From Acidobacteriota bacterium (GTDB taxonomy: Bacteria; Acidobacteriota; Thermoanaerobaculia; UBA5066): a DNA stretch of 64,000 nt. The notes under the pieces were generated by a model. It searched no databases, was not told the DNA's origin, and saw nothing but the letters and a program-made list of their open reading frames with translations. Within the stretch, counting starts at the first letter, position 1, and each line of letters starts with the position of its first letter. The DNA lies in contig JAKPXO010000221.1 of assembly GCA_029567505.1 (NCBI GenBank), positions 8,166 through 72,165 on the forward strand, given 5' to 3'. Below, piece after piece: positions 10,178 to 18,882 of this stretch. The position numbers and the translations under genes are program-made.

Positions 10178-11541
10178 GGCGGATCGTCATCCTCGGCGGG
10201 GGCGTCACCGGGCTCGCCCTCGGCTATCTCCGCAACCGGTGCCCGGCTCCGGGCGACGACGTCCTGATCCTGGAGGAGGGACCGAGCCCGGGCGGGACCG
10301 TCCGAACGATCCGCGAAGAGGGGCTCGTCCTGGAGGCCGGGCCGGTCACGCTCCGGACGACGCCCGCTTCCGACCGTCTCGTCGAAGCGCTCGGCCTCGA
10401 GGACGACGTCCTGGTGGCCGACCCCAGGTCCCCGCGCTGGATCGTCCGGGGCGGCAGGATGCGTCGCGTGACCCCGGGGCCGTCGCTCCTTCTCGGCGGG
10501 GCGCTCCCGCTCGCGGCCCGGCTCCGAGCCCTGGCTGAGCCGTTCGTCGCCCGACGCCCCGCGGACCTGGCCGACGAATCGGTCCACGACTTCTTCGAGA
10601 GGCGCTTCGGCCCCGGCGTCGCCCGCTGGGGCGCCGAGCCGCTCGTCTCGGGGGTCTGGGCCGACGACCCGCGGACCCTTTCGGTCCGGAGCGCGTTCCC
10701 CGCCCTCTGGGACGCCGAAGGCCGGGCCGGGAGCGTCCTGCGCGGCCTCGCGGGAGCGCCGAGACCCCGGTCGCGGAGGACGATCAGCTTTCGGGGCGGG
10801 CTCGGAACGCTCGCCGAGCGTCTCGCCGAGCAGGGGGTCCGCGCGGGAGTGAGGATCGAGCTGGACGCCGAGATCGCCGGCATCGAAGGACCATTCGACG
10901 GAGAGGGAAACGGCGGCGTCTGGAAGGTCCAGATCGCAGACGGGACCGTCTACCCGGCCGACACCCTCGTCTCGACCCTCGACGCGCCCAGCTTCGCGGA
11001 GGCGCTCGGACCGCGGCTCCCGCGCTCGGGCGCCCGTCTCGCGACGCTTCCGTACTCGCGCCTCGCGGTCGTCCTCCAGGCGTTCCGGGCCGATTCCCCC
11101 GACGCGGCCCCCCGCGGGTTCGGCCTCCTCGCCCCCCGCGGAGAGGGGCTCCGCTCGCTCGGGGTGCTCTACCTCTCCTCTCTCTTCCCCTCCCGCGTTC
11201 CGGCCGGGGTCGCGCTGACGACGTCGTTCTTCGGAGGGGCGCTTGACCCGTCGGCCCTCGACCTCTGCGAGACCGACCTGCTCCGGATCGCGGAGGCCGA
11301 GGTCCGGCGCCTGCACCCGGACCTCGGACCACGGCTCCACGGAAGGGCGCTGAAGTGGCCGTCGGCGCTTCCGCGTCTGCCCGTCGGCCACCACGAGACC
11401 CTTCGACGGCTGGACGCGGACCTCGACGACCTGAACGCCGGACGCGAGCGGCCGCGCCTCGTCGTCACCGGAACCTGGCGTGACGGACTCGGGCTCGGCG
11501 AGAGGATCGCCCGCGCCGAGGAGCTCGCCCCGCTGCTCTGA
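10174..11541 (+). CDS. hemY: protoporphyrinogen oxidase (FAD-dependent)
   Basis: About 455 aa from TTG at 10174 (RIVILGGGVTGLALGY dinucleotide-binding motif); directly follows hemH and overlaps its stop. Confidence 0.8.
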   Translation: MRRIVILGGGVTGLALGYLRNRCPAPGDDVLILEEGPSPGGTVRTIREEGLVLEAGPVTLRTTPASDRLVEALGLEDDVLVADPRSPRWIVRGGRMRRVTPGPSLLLGGALPLAARLRALAEPFVARRPADLADESVHDFFERRFGPGVARWGAEPLVSGVWADDPRTLSVRSAFPALWDAEGRAGSVLRGLAGAPRPRSRRTISFRGGLGTLAERLAEQGVRAGVRIELDAEIAGIEGPFDGEGNGGVWKVQIADGTVYPADTLVSTLDAPSFAEALGPRLPRSGARLATLPYSRLAVVLQAFRADSPDAAPRGFGLLAPRGEGLRSLGVLYLSSLFPSRVPAGVALTTSFFGGALDPSALDLCETDLLRIAEAEVRRLHPDLGPRLHGRALKWPSALPRLPVGHHETLRRLDADLDDLNAGRERPRLVVTGTWRDGLGLGERIARAEELAPLL

Positions 11542-11552
11542 GGATCAGGCCG

Positions 11553-13328
11553 ATGCGTCGTTCTCTCCCGGTCTCGCTCCTCGTCGCGCTTCTCTCGGGC
11601 GGCGCCGCCGTGAACGCCTGGTCCGACCACGAGGGGCACGAGCGCCTCGCCCGCGCCGGACACCCCGAAGGCCGGGCGAAGCGCGCCCGCGCCCTCGTCT
11701 CGGAGCTCGCCCGGAGCCGGTCCGGACGGGGCGCGCTCTCTCCGGAAGGCGCGGCGAGGGGCTACGACGTCCTCACCTACGACCTCCGCTTCGAGCTCGA
11801 CCCCGCCGTCGTCGCCCTCGAAGGAAGCGCCGTGATCCGGCTCGCCGCCATCCGGCCCGGCGTCTCCGAGGTCCGGCTCGACCTGGACGACGCGATGAGC
11901 GTCCGCGGCGTCGAGCGCGACGGCTCGCCCGTGACGACCTTCACCGCGGCGGGGGACGTCCTCACGGTCCCGCTCACCCCGCCGCTCGGGGCCGAAGAGC
12001 GGACGACCCTCGTCGTCCGCTGGGGCGGGACCCCGCTCGCGGGCGGGGCCCTGACGTTCTGGACCGCCCCCGCGAGCGGACCGGCGATCTCCTCCCTCGC
12101 CGAGCCTTTCGACGCGCGGACCTTCTGGCCCTGCGTCGACGACCCGGCCGACAAGGCGGTCGTCACGCTCTCCGCGACGGTCCCTTCCGGGTACGTCGCC
12201 GTCTCCGCCGGCCGCGGCGCCTCGACGAGCGAGCCGGACGGGCGGGTGACCTGGCGCTGGAGGCTCCCGCAGCCGATCTCGACCTACCTCGTGTCGGTGG
12301 CGGTCGGCCGATTCGAGGAGATCGCCGTGGAATACCGGACGGCCGACGGGCGGACGATGCCGGTCGTCGGATGGGTCGTCCCCGAGCACGCCGCTCCGAA
12401 CCGGGCCCGCGTCGCCTCGATGGTCCGCCACCTGGAGGTCCTCTCTTCCCTGTTCGGGGACTACCCGTATCTCGACACGAAGTACGGGATCGTCGAGGGG
12501 AGCTTCTCCGGCGGGATGGAGCACCCGACGATCACTCTCATCGGCGCCTCGCTCCTCGGGAACGCCTCCCGCGACCTGACGGACCTCCTCGTCCACGAGC
12601 TGGCTCACCAGTGGTGGGGCGACGAGGTGACGATGCGGACCTGGGACGACATCTGGCTGAACGAGGGCTTCGCGACATACGCGGAGGTCCTCTACCGGGA
12701 GCGGACCTCGAGCTTCTCTCCCGGCCTGCTCCTCGCCTCCCGGTACGACGACGGGCTCTACTCCGGCCAGCTCGGCCCCGCGGTCGTCGCCCCCCCGTCG
12801 GACCCGTTCCGCCACACGGGAGCCGTCTATTCCAAGGGGGCGTGGGTCCTCCACATGCTCCGAAGGCGGATCGGCGACGACGCGTTCTTCGCCGCCGTCC
12901 GCGAGTACCGGCGCCGGCACGAGAGGGGGAACGCGACTCGGGGTGACCTGCGGGCCGTATTCGAGGAGGTCTCGGGGCGCGACCTGAAGCAGCACTTCGA
13001 CCAGTGGGTCGAGACGCCCTACCGGCCGATCCTGCGAGCGACCTTCCGGAACGTCTCCGGCGGCGCCGACGTGAACGTGAGGCAGGTGCAGGCCCACGCC
13101 GTCGTCCACCCGCAGGCCGGTCCCGACGACGTGCCGCACTACGTCTTCCCGCTCACCCTCCGCCTGTTCACGGCGAGCGGCGGCTCGAAGACCGCGACCG
13201 TCGAGGTGACGCGGGCCGACGAGACTTTCTTCGTCCCGCTCGACGGCGGGTCGGTCGCCGTCGCGGTCGCTCTCGACCCCGACGGCGACCTCCTCGACAT
13301 CGTGGAAGCGGTCGGCCCGGCGCTCTGA
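11553..13328 (+). CDS. secreted M1-family zinc aminopeptidase
   Basis: Signal peptide, HELAHQWWG...E gluzincin motif and WLNEGFATY exopeptidase motif. Confidence 0.85.
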   Translation: MRRSLPVSLLVALLSGGAAVNAWSDHEGHERLARAGHPEGRAKRARALVSELARSRSGRGALSPEGAARGYDVLTYDLRFELDPAVVALEGSAVIRLAAIRPGVSEVRLDLDDAMSVRGVERDGSPVTTFTAAGDVLTVPLTPPLGAEERTTLVVRWGGTPLAGGALTFWTAPASGPAISSLAEPFDARTFWPCVDDPADKAVVTLSATVPSGYVAVSAGRGASTSEPDGRVTWRWRLPQPISTYLVSVAVGRFEEIAVEYRTADGRTMPVVGWVVPEHAAPNRARVASMVRHLEVLSSLFGDYPYLDTKYGIVEGSFSGGMEHPTITLIGASLLGNASRDLTDLLVHELAHQWWGDEVTMRTWDDIWLNEGFATYAEVLYRERTSSFSPGLLLASRYDDGLYSGQLGPAVVAPPSDPFRHTGAVYSKGAWVLHMLRRRIGDDAFFAAVREYRRRHERGNATRGDLRAVFEEVSGRDLKQHFDQWVETPYRPILRATFRNVSGGADVNVRQVQAHAVVHPQAGPDDVPHYVFPLTLRLFTASGGSKTATVEVTRADETFFVPLDGGSVAVAVALDPDGDLLDIVEAVGPAL

Positions 13329-13347
13329 GGCGGGCGACCCGGCCGCG

Positions 13348-14493
13348 CTACTTCTTCGCCGTCGGCGCGCTCGCGGCCCCGGGACGAGGCGAACGGATGG
13401 CGTCGAGGACGTCCTTCGCCGCCGCGGTCGCGTCCGTCGGAAGCCCCTCGCCCGTTCCCGGCCACTCTCCCCACCGGACACTCACCCCCAGCTTCTCCAT
13501 GTTCTCGCGACCCCGCTGCATCGCGCGAAGGAGCTCGGGAGGGGCGCTCTTCGCGACGCCGAGGAAGACCGGCACGCCCCGCAGGCCGGCGACTCCGGCA
13601 GCCCCCGTCGGACCCGGGTCGAAGATGCCGCCGATCGACGCCACGGCGGAGAAGATGCCGGGATTCCGCGCGGCAATCTCCAGGCCGAGCTTTCCGCCCC
13701 GGCCCGCACCGACGACGGCGACCGGGATCGGGAGGCCGCCGGCCCGCGTCTGCGCCTCGGCGATCGTCCGCTTCAACGCCTCCAGCGCGCGGTCGGGCGA
13801 GCCCCAGCCGAACCTCTTCCGGCCGGAGCGCGCCGGCCCGCGCGGCGCGGCGACGAAGAGGTCCCGCGCCTTCGCCTCGGCGACGAAGGGGCCTGCGATC
13901 GACATCGGGTCGGAGTTGACCTCGTGGAGGAGGAGGAGGATCCCCTTGGGCGGTCGCCCCGGAGCGACGAACACCCCTTCCTTCACGACCGCTTCGTCGC
14001 CGGCCAGACGGTTCCGCCTCGCCCCCTGGACGATGCGCGCGAACTCCGGGCGCCCCCGAAGCGACGCCAGGTCGGAGTCCTTCGCCAGCGTCGCCTCGTC
14101 GTCGAATCCGGCGGCGATCGCGCGGTCGAGCTGTCGGAATGCGGCGTCGGCCTTACCCTCGCGCGCGTCGATGCAGGCGAGGTTGTAGGGCGCGGTCGGG
14201 AGCTCTCCCGCCTTCCACGACTCCTCGAAGAACTCCCTCGCCTTCCCGAGCTCGTTCTTCTGGACGGCGGCGACGCCGAGCCGCTCCATCTGCCAGGGGT
14301 CTCTCGGCGAGGCCCCGAGCACCCGGACGTCCTGGATCTCGGCCGGACGGGAGCCGGGAGGCCCCTGCGGGTTCGTCCCGACGATGGCCCCTCCGGCAGG
14401 GGCGGTCGGCGCCGGCTTCGGCGCCTGCGCGAGGAGGGGGGCCGCGGACATTACGAGGAGCAGCGCCGGCACGGCGCGAGAAGTCGCCTTCAT
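13348..14493 (-). CDS. secreted TPR-like / alpha-beta-hydrolase-fold protein (esterase-like)
   Basis: 381 aa from ATG 14493; signal peptide (MKATSRAVPALLLVMSAAPLLAQA); N-terminal TPR-like helical region; C-terminal dienelactone-hydrolase/esterase-like region. The nucleophile elbow reads GAGRGG with no Ser, so activity is uncertain. Confidence 0.5.
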   Translation of the reverse strand: MKATSRAVPALLLVMSAAPLLAQAPKPAPTAPAGGAIVGTNPQGPPGSRPAEIQDVRVLGASPRDPWQMERLGVAAVQKNELGKAREFFEESWKAGELPTAPYNLACIDAREGKADAAFRQLDRAIAAGFDDEATLAKDSDLASLRGRPEFARIVQGARRNRLAGDEAVVKEGVFVAPGRPPKGILLLLHEVNSDPMSIAGPFVAEAKARDLFVAAPRGPARSGRKRFGWGSPDRALEALKRTIAEAQTRAGGLPIPVAVVGAGRGGKLGLEIAARNPGIFSAVASIGGIFDPGPTGAAGVAGLRGVPVFLGVAKSAPPELLRAMQRGRENMEKLGVSVRWGEWPGTGEGLPTDATAAAKDVLDAIRSPRPGAASAPTAKK

Positions 14494-14537
14494 GGCGGCG
14501 GATTGTAGACGCGTGGGACCGGGGCGCCCCCGGCTCC

Positions 14538-16046
14538 TCATCCCCTCCGGTACAGGAGCCGGACCGCACGCCGGAGGAGGCCAAGGACGCGGCTGTCGTA
14601 GGGAAACGCCAGGCGGGAGAGAAGGAGCCGGTCGAGCGGCGCGAGGAGGGCCCTCGGGACGCTCACGGCGCGCGAGCGGGTGAAGGCACGTATCCCCTCG
14701 ACGCCGTGCCGGACGCCGACGCCGCTCGCCTTCGCGCCGCCCAGCGGGGCGGAGACGACGAGGTAGTGGACGAGCGCGCCGTTCACGGCGACGCTCCCCG
14801 CCTCGATCCGCTCCGCCAGGCGCCGGGCCGCGCGGGGCGGCCCCCAGACGCTGGCGCTCAGGCCGAGGTGGGAGTCGTTCGCGAGGCGGAGCGCCTCGTC
14901 CGCGTCGGCGACGCGGACGATCGGGACGAGCGGGCCGAACGTCTCCTCCCGGAAGACCGCCATCTCCGCCGTCACGCCCGCGAGGACCGTCGGCTCGAAG
15001 AACGCTCCACCGAGGTCGGCTCGCGGGCGGCCGCCCGCGAGGAGCCGGGCACCCTTCGAGACGGCATCCTCGAGCTGCCGCGTCACGACCTCGATCTGGC
15101 GGGGGAATGTGACGGCCCCCAGGTCGTGCTCGCGCGCGGCGTCCGGGGCGGGCACCTCCTGTCGCAGCGCCCTCACCCTTTCGAGGAAGAGCCTCTCGAA
15201 CTCGTCCGCGACGCGCTCCTCGACGAGGATCCGCTCCGACCGGATGCAGGCCTGGCCGCTGTGGAAGAAGCCCGACCAGGCGGCCGACTGCGCCGCCCGG
15301 TCGAGGTCCGCGCCCGAAAGGACGACGAACGGGGACTTCCCGCCCAGCTCCGTGACGCACGGGACGAGCCGCTCCCCGCAGCGCGCCGCCACCCTCCGCC
15401 CGGTCTCGACGGCTCCCGTGAACATGACACCGTCGACGAGGTCGACGAGCGCCGCCCCGGCGTCGCCGCGCCCCGCGACGACACGGAAGACGCCGGGCGG
15501 ATTCCCCGCCTTCCGCCAGAGTTCCTCCATCCGGAGAGAGGTCAGCGGCGTCACCTCGGACGGCTTCAGGACGACCGTGTTCCCGGCGGCGAGGGGCGCG
15601 AGGGCGTCGGCGGCGTTGTTCAGGATCGGGAAGTTCCAGGGACCGATCACGCCGACGACGCCGACCGGGACGCGGTGGACGTCGGTCCTCCGGACGGCGA
15701 AGAGGAGCGTTCCGCGCCGCTCCGGAGCGAGCGCCCGCCGGGCCGCGGCGGCGACGAACCGGGTCAGCTCGCAGAAGTAGAGGAGCTCGACCCCTTCGGC
15801 CTCGTGTCGCGGCTTTCCGCTCTCGCGGACGAGCGTCCGGAGGAGCTCCTCGTCGTCGACGACGGCCCGTCGCCAGCGCTTCAGCGCGGCGACCCGCTCC
15901 GGAAGCGGGGTCGCGGCCCAGGCGGGGGCCGCCTCGCGCGCCGCGTCGACGGCCGCGGCGACCTCGGCCCGGCCCGCCGCGGGAAGGTCCGCGAGGAGCT
16001 CGCCCGTCGAGGGCGAGACGATCCGGAGGGAGGCGCCGGCGCTCAT
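14538..16046 (-). CDS. NAD(P)-dependent aldehyde dehydrogenase family protein
   Basis: 502 aa; ALDH core (GPWNFP, ELGGKSP, catalytic Cys in GQACI). Confidence 0.9.
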   Translation of the reverse strand: MSAGASLRIVSPSTGELLADLPAAGRAEVAAAVDAAREAAPAWAATPLPERVAALKRWRRAVVDDEELLRTLVRESGKPRHEAEGVELLYFCELTRFVAAAARRALAPERRGTLLFAVRRTDVHRVPVGVVGVIGPWNFPILNNAADALAPLAAGNTVVLKPSEVTPLTSLRMEELWRKAGNPPGVFRVVAGRGDAGAALVDLVDGVMFTGAVETGRRVAARCGERLVPCVTELGGKSPFVVLSGADLDRAAQSAAWSGFFHSGQACIRSERILVEERVADEFERLFLERVRALRQEVPAPDAAREHDLGAVTFPRQIEVVTRQLEDAVSKGARLLAGGRPRADLGGAFFEPTVLAGVTAEMAVFREETFGPLVPIVRVADADEALRLANDSHLGLSASVWGPPRAARRLAERIEAGSVAVNGALVHYLVVSAPLGGAKASGVGVRHGVEGIRAFTRSRAVSVPRALLAPLDRLLLSRLAFPYDSRVLGLLRRAVRLLYRRG

Positions 16047-16121
16047 CGCCCCATGCTACTGCCGGGCGCGCCTCCCGTCCCTCCGGCGCGGCCTTCCCGG
16101 GTCCGGCTACAATCCCCCCGG

Positions 16122-17870
16122 ATGTCCTCCTCTCCGCCGGGCACCGGCGACTACCTCAGCGACGTCTTCTTCACCGACCTTCCCCTCCCGCACGCGGTCC
16201 GGGCCGGGATCGCCGCCTGTGGTTTCGTCCGGGCGACGCCGGTCCAGGCCAGCACCCTGCCGCTCCTCCTCGCCGGCAAGGACGTGGCCGCGCAGGCGCA
16301 GACCGGGACCGGCAAGACGGCGGCGTACCTCGTCTCGATCCTCACCCGCCTCGTCGAGGCGCCCTCCTCCGCGATCCGGAAGCCGGGAGCGCCCCGGGCC
16401 CTGATCGTCGCTCCGACGCGCGAGCTCGCCGTCCAGATCGAGCACGACGCGATCCTCCTTTCGCAGTTCGTGAGGCCCCGCATCGTGACCGTCTTCGGCG
16501 GCCTCGACTACGTGAGGCAGCGGAGCCTCCTCCAGGCCGGCTGCGACATCCTGATCGGCACTCCCGGCCGGCTCCTCGACTACGAGGGGCAGGGGGCGAC
16601 CTCGTTCGGGTCGGTCGAGTCGCTCGTCATCGACGAGTGCGACCGTCTCTTCGACATGGGCTTCCTCCCCGACCTCCGGCGGATCCTCCGGCGGTGCCCC
16701 CCCCCGCGCCGGCGCCAGTCGATGATGTTCTCGGCGACGCTCTCCTGGCGGGTGACGGAGCTCGCCTGGGAGCACATGAACGAGGCCGTCCGGGTCGAGA
16801 TCGCTCCGGAGCACGTGACGGCCGACCGCGTCGTCCAGAGCCTCTTCCACGTCGGGAACTCCGAGAAGCTCTCGCTCCTCGTCGGCCTCCTCCAGCGTGA
16901 GGGGAACGCGACCCGGACGATGCTCTTCGTGAACACGAAGCGCTTCGCGGAGCGGCTCGTGGAACGCCTCGAGAGGCACGGCCTCCGCTGCGGCGCGATC
17001 TCGGGAGACATCCCCCAGGCCAAGCGGCTGAAGATCCTCGCCGACTTCAAGTCGGGGAAGCTCCCGATCCTCGTCGCGACGGACGTGGCCTCCCGCGGGC
17101 TCCACATCGACGGCGTCACGCACGTCATCAACGTCGACCTGCCGATGGACCCGGAGGACTACGTCCACCGGATCGGCCGGACCGCGCGCGCCGGCCACTC
17201 GGGCCGGGCCATCTCCCTGGCCTGCGAGAACTACGTCCAGTCGCTCTCCTCCATCGAGAAGCTGATCGGGATGAAGATCCCGGTCGAGCATCCCGACGAC
17301 GCGCTCTTCGTCCGTCGCCCCGCACCGCTTCGCGAGCCGGTGCGCGTCTCGGGAGGGCCGCGCTCCGCCGCCCCCGTCGCGGGGGACGAGGAGGAGGACA
17401 CGAAAGCCCCGCCCCCCCCGAGGGCCTCGCGCCCGCGGCGGGAGCGGGCCGCCGCGCCCCCGCGCCCCGAGCCCGTGCCCGCCGCGCCGGCCCCGCGCGT
17501 CGAGAAGCCGCAGGCTCCGCCGGCCACGGCCCCCGAGCCCTTCGTGCCCGACATCCCTGTCGCGCCGGTCGCACCCGTCGTGCGCGCCGAGGCAGGCGTC
17601 CTCGCCGAAGCGGCCGCTCCGCCCGCCGTCGCGAGGGTCGAGGCCGCGAAGTCCGGCGCCCCTGCCGAGCCCGCAGCCGACCTCCCCGGGGCCGTCGAGC
17701 CGCCTCCGGGCGACGTCGCGCCGACCGACTTCTGGACCTGCGCGGCGTTCGAGCTGGAGATCCCCGAAGGGGGGTTCGGGGTCTCGGCCTCCCCGGCGGC
17801 GCCCGGCGGCGCCTCGCGGCGGAAGCGCCACCGCCGGCGAAAGCCCGCGTCCGCTCCATCCGCCTCCTGA
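16122..17870 (+). CDS. DEAD-box ATP-dependent RNA helicase (RhlE/DeaD-like) with long Pro/Ala-rich basic C-terminal tail
   Basis: Q-motif, AQTGTGKT (motif I), DECD (variant of DEAD), SAT, HRIGRTAR(A)G. A ~200 aa low-complexity tail ends in RRKRHRRRK. Confidence 0.9.
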   Translation: MSSSPPGTGDYLSDVFFTDLPLPHAVRAGIAACGFVRATPVQASTLPLLLAGKDVAAQAQTGTGKTAAYLVSILTRLVEAPSSAIRKPGAPRALIVAPTRELAVQIEHDAILLSQFVRPRIVTVFGGLDYVRQRSLLQAGCDILIGTPGRLLDYEGQGATSFGSVESLVIDECDRLFDMGFLPDLRRILRRCPPPRRRQSMMFSATLSWRVTELAWEHMNEAVRVEIAPEHVTADRVVQSLFHVGNSEKLSLLVGLLQREGNATRTMLFVNTKRFAERLVERLERHGLRCGAISGDIPQAKRLKILADFKSGKLPILVATDVASRGLHIDGVTHVINVDLPMDPEDYVHRIGRTARAGHSGRAISLACENYVQSLSSIEKLIGMKIPVEHPDDALFVRRPAPLREPVRVSGGPRSAAPVAGDEEEDTKAPPPPRASRPRRERAAAPPRPEPVPAAPAPRVEKPQAPPATAPEPFVPDIPVAPVAPVVRAEAGVLAEAAAPPAVARVEAAKSGAPAEPAADLPGAVEPPPGDVAPTDFWTCAAFELEIPEGGFGVSASPAAPGGASRRKRHRRRKPASAPSAS

Positions 17871-17918
17871 CCCCCGGCGTCTCCGGCGGCTTATGATTCC
17901 TCCTCCGGGAGGAACGCC

Positions 17919-18728
17919 ATGCCGTTTGCCGGAGTTCGGGACCAGCGTTTCTACTACGAGGTCGGAGGCGAGGGAGATCTCGTCATCCTCCTCCACGGCG
18001 CCCTCGCGAACGCCGACCTGATGGAGGCCCCCGCGACGGGCCTGGCGTCAGGGTTTCGCGCGTTGCGCTTCGATCGACGCGGGTGCGGCCGGACGACGCC
18101 GCCGACCGAGGGTCCCGTGCCGCTCCCCGAGGAGGCCGATGACGTCCTCGGGATCCTCGACTGGTTCTCCGTCGAGAAGGCCCACTTCCTCGCGCACGAC
18201 GAGGGGGCCGAGGTCGCCCTCGAGTTCGCCCTCCGCAATCCCGGCCGCACCGGGTCGATCGCGCTCCTGGCGCCGTCGCTCGAGGGCTTCTCCTCCTCTC
18301 CCGAGGCGGCGGCCGCCGCGGCGGACCTTCGGGCCGCTCTCCGGAGCGACCCTCCGAAGGCGCTCGCGGAGAAGCTCCTAGCCTCCCCGATCTTCGACGC
18401 GGCCCGCGAGCGGGAGGGGATCTTCGAGAGGATCGCCGACATCTTCAACCGCTTCCCGCAGAGCCCGGGCCGCTTCGAGCGCCTTCCTCGCGCCGGCGCC
18501 GCGCTCGTCGGGCGCCTCGGTGCGGTCTCGGCGCGGACGTTCGTTCTCGTCGGCGAGCGCGACGAGGAGGACCGGATCCGCTGCGCGCGGACGATCGCCG
18601 CGGGAATCCCAGGCGCGGAGCTCCTCGTCTTCCCCGACACCTCCCGCTTCCTCCACGTCGAGGAGAGCCGCGCGATCATGCGCAGGCTGACCGACTTCTT
18701 CCTCCCCGAGCCCGAGATCGAGCCCTAG
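17919..18728 (+). CDS. alpha/beta hydrolase, Asp-nucleophile subtype (haloacid/fluoroacetate-dehalogenase or epoxide-hydrolase-like)
   Basis: 269 aa; HGALANADLME lid; nucleophile elbow AHDEGAEVA (Asp in place of the usual Ser, as in the HDxG dehalogenase/epoxide hydrolase motif). Confidence 0.65.
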   Translation: MPFAGVRDQRFYYEVGGEGDLVILLHGALANADLMEAPATGLASGFRALRFDRRGCGRTTPPTEGPVPLPEEADDVLGILDWFSVEKAHFLAHDEGAEVALEFALRNPGRTGSIALLAPSLEGFSSSPEAAAAAADLRAALRSDPPKALAEKLLASPIFDAAREREGIFERIADIFNRFPQSPGRFERLPRAGAALVGRLGAVSARTFVLVGERDEEDRIRCARTIAAGIPGAELLVFPDTSRFLHVEESRAIMRRLTDFFLPEPEIEP

Positions 18729-18833
18729 AACCCACCCCTCTCCCCCCACCCACCGCCCTCATGCGCGCGCGCCGCCGGCGCGCGGGCCCTGATGAAGACG
18801 GGAGAGGGGTGGGAGGGGACGGCCGCGAAAGCG

Positions 18834-18859
18834 AGTCGGGGGCCTCGCGGCCCCCGACT
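18834..18859 (-). terminator. perfect 11-bp GC-rich hairpin (AGTCGGGGGCC-tcgc-GGCCCCCGACT), 24 nt downstream of the rho stop
   Basis: Inverted repeat read directly from the sequence. No U tract, which is common for intrinsic-terminator-like hairpins in high-GC genomes. Confidence 0.5.
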
Positions 18860-18882
18860 TCGTGCCCGTGCCCCGGGAACGG

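Noticed and set aside
14139-17870. 1243-aa plus-strand ORF starting at 14139.
   Set aside because: Only the last 582 codons (from ATG 16122) are the DEAD-box helicase. The upstream 660 codons are antisense to the aldehyde dehydrogenase and are low-complexity Arg/Gly/Pro.
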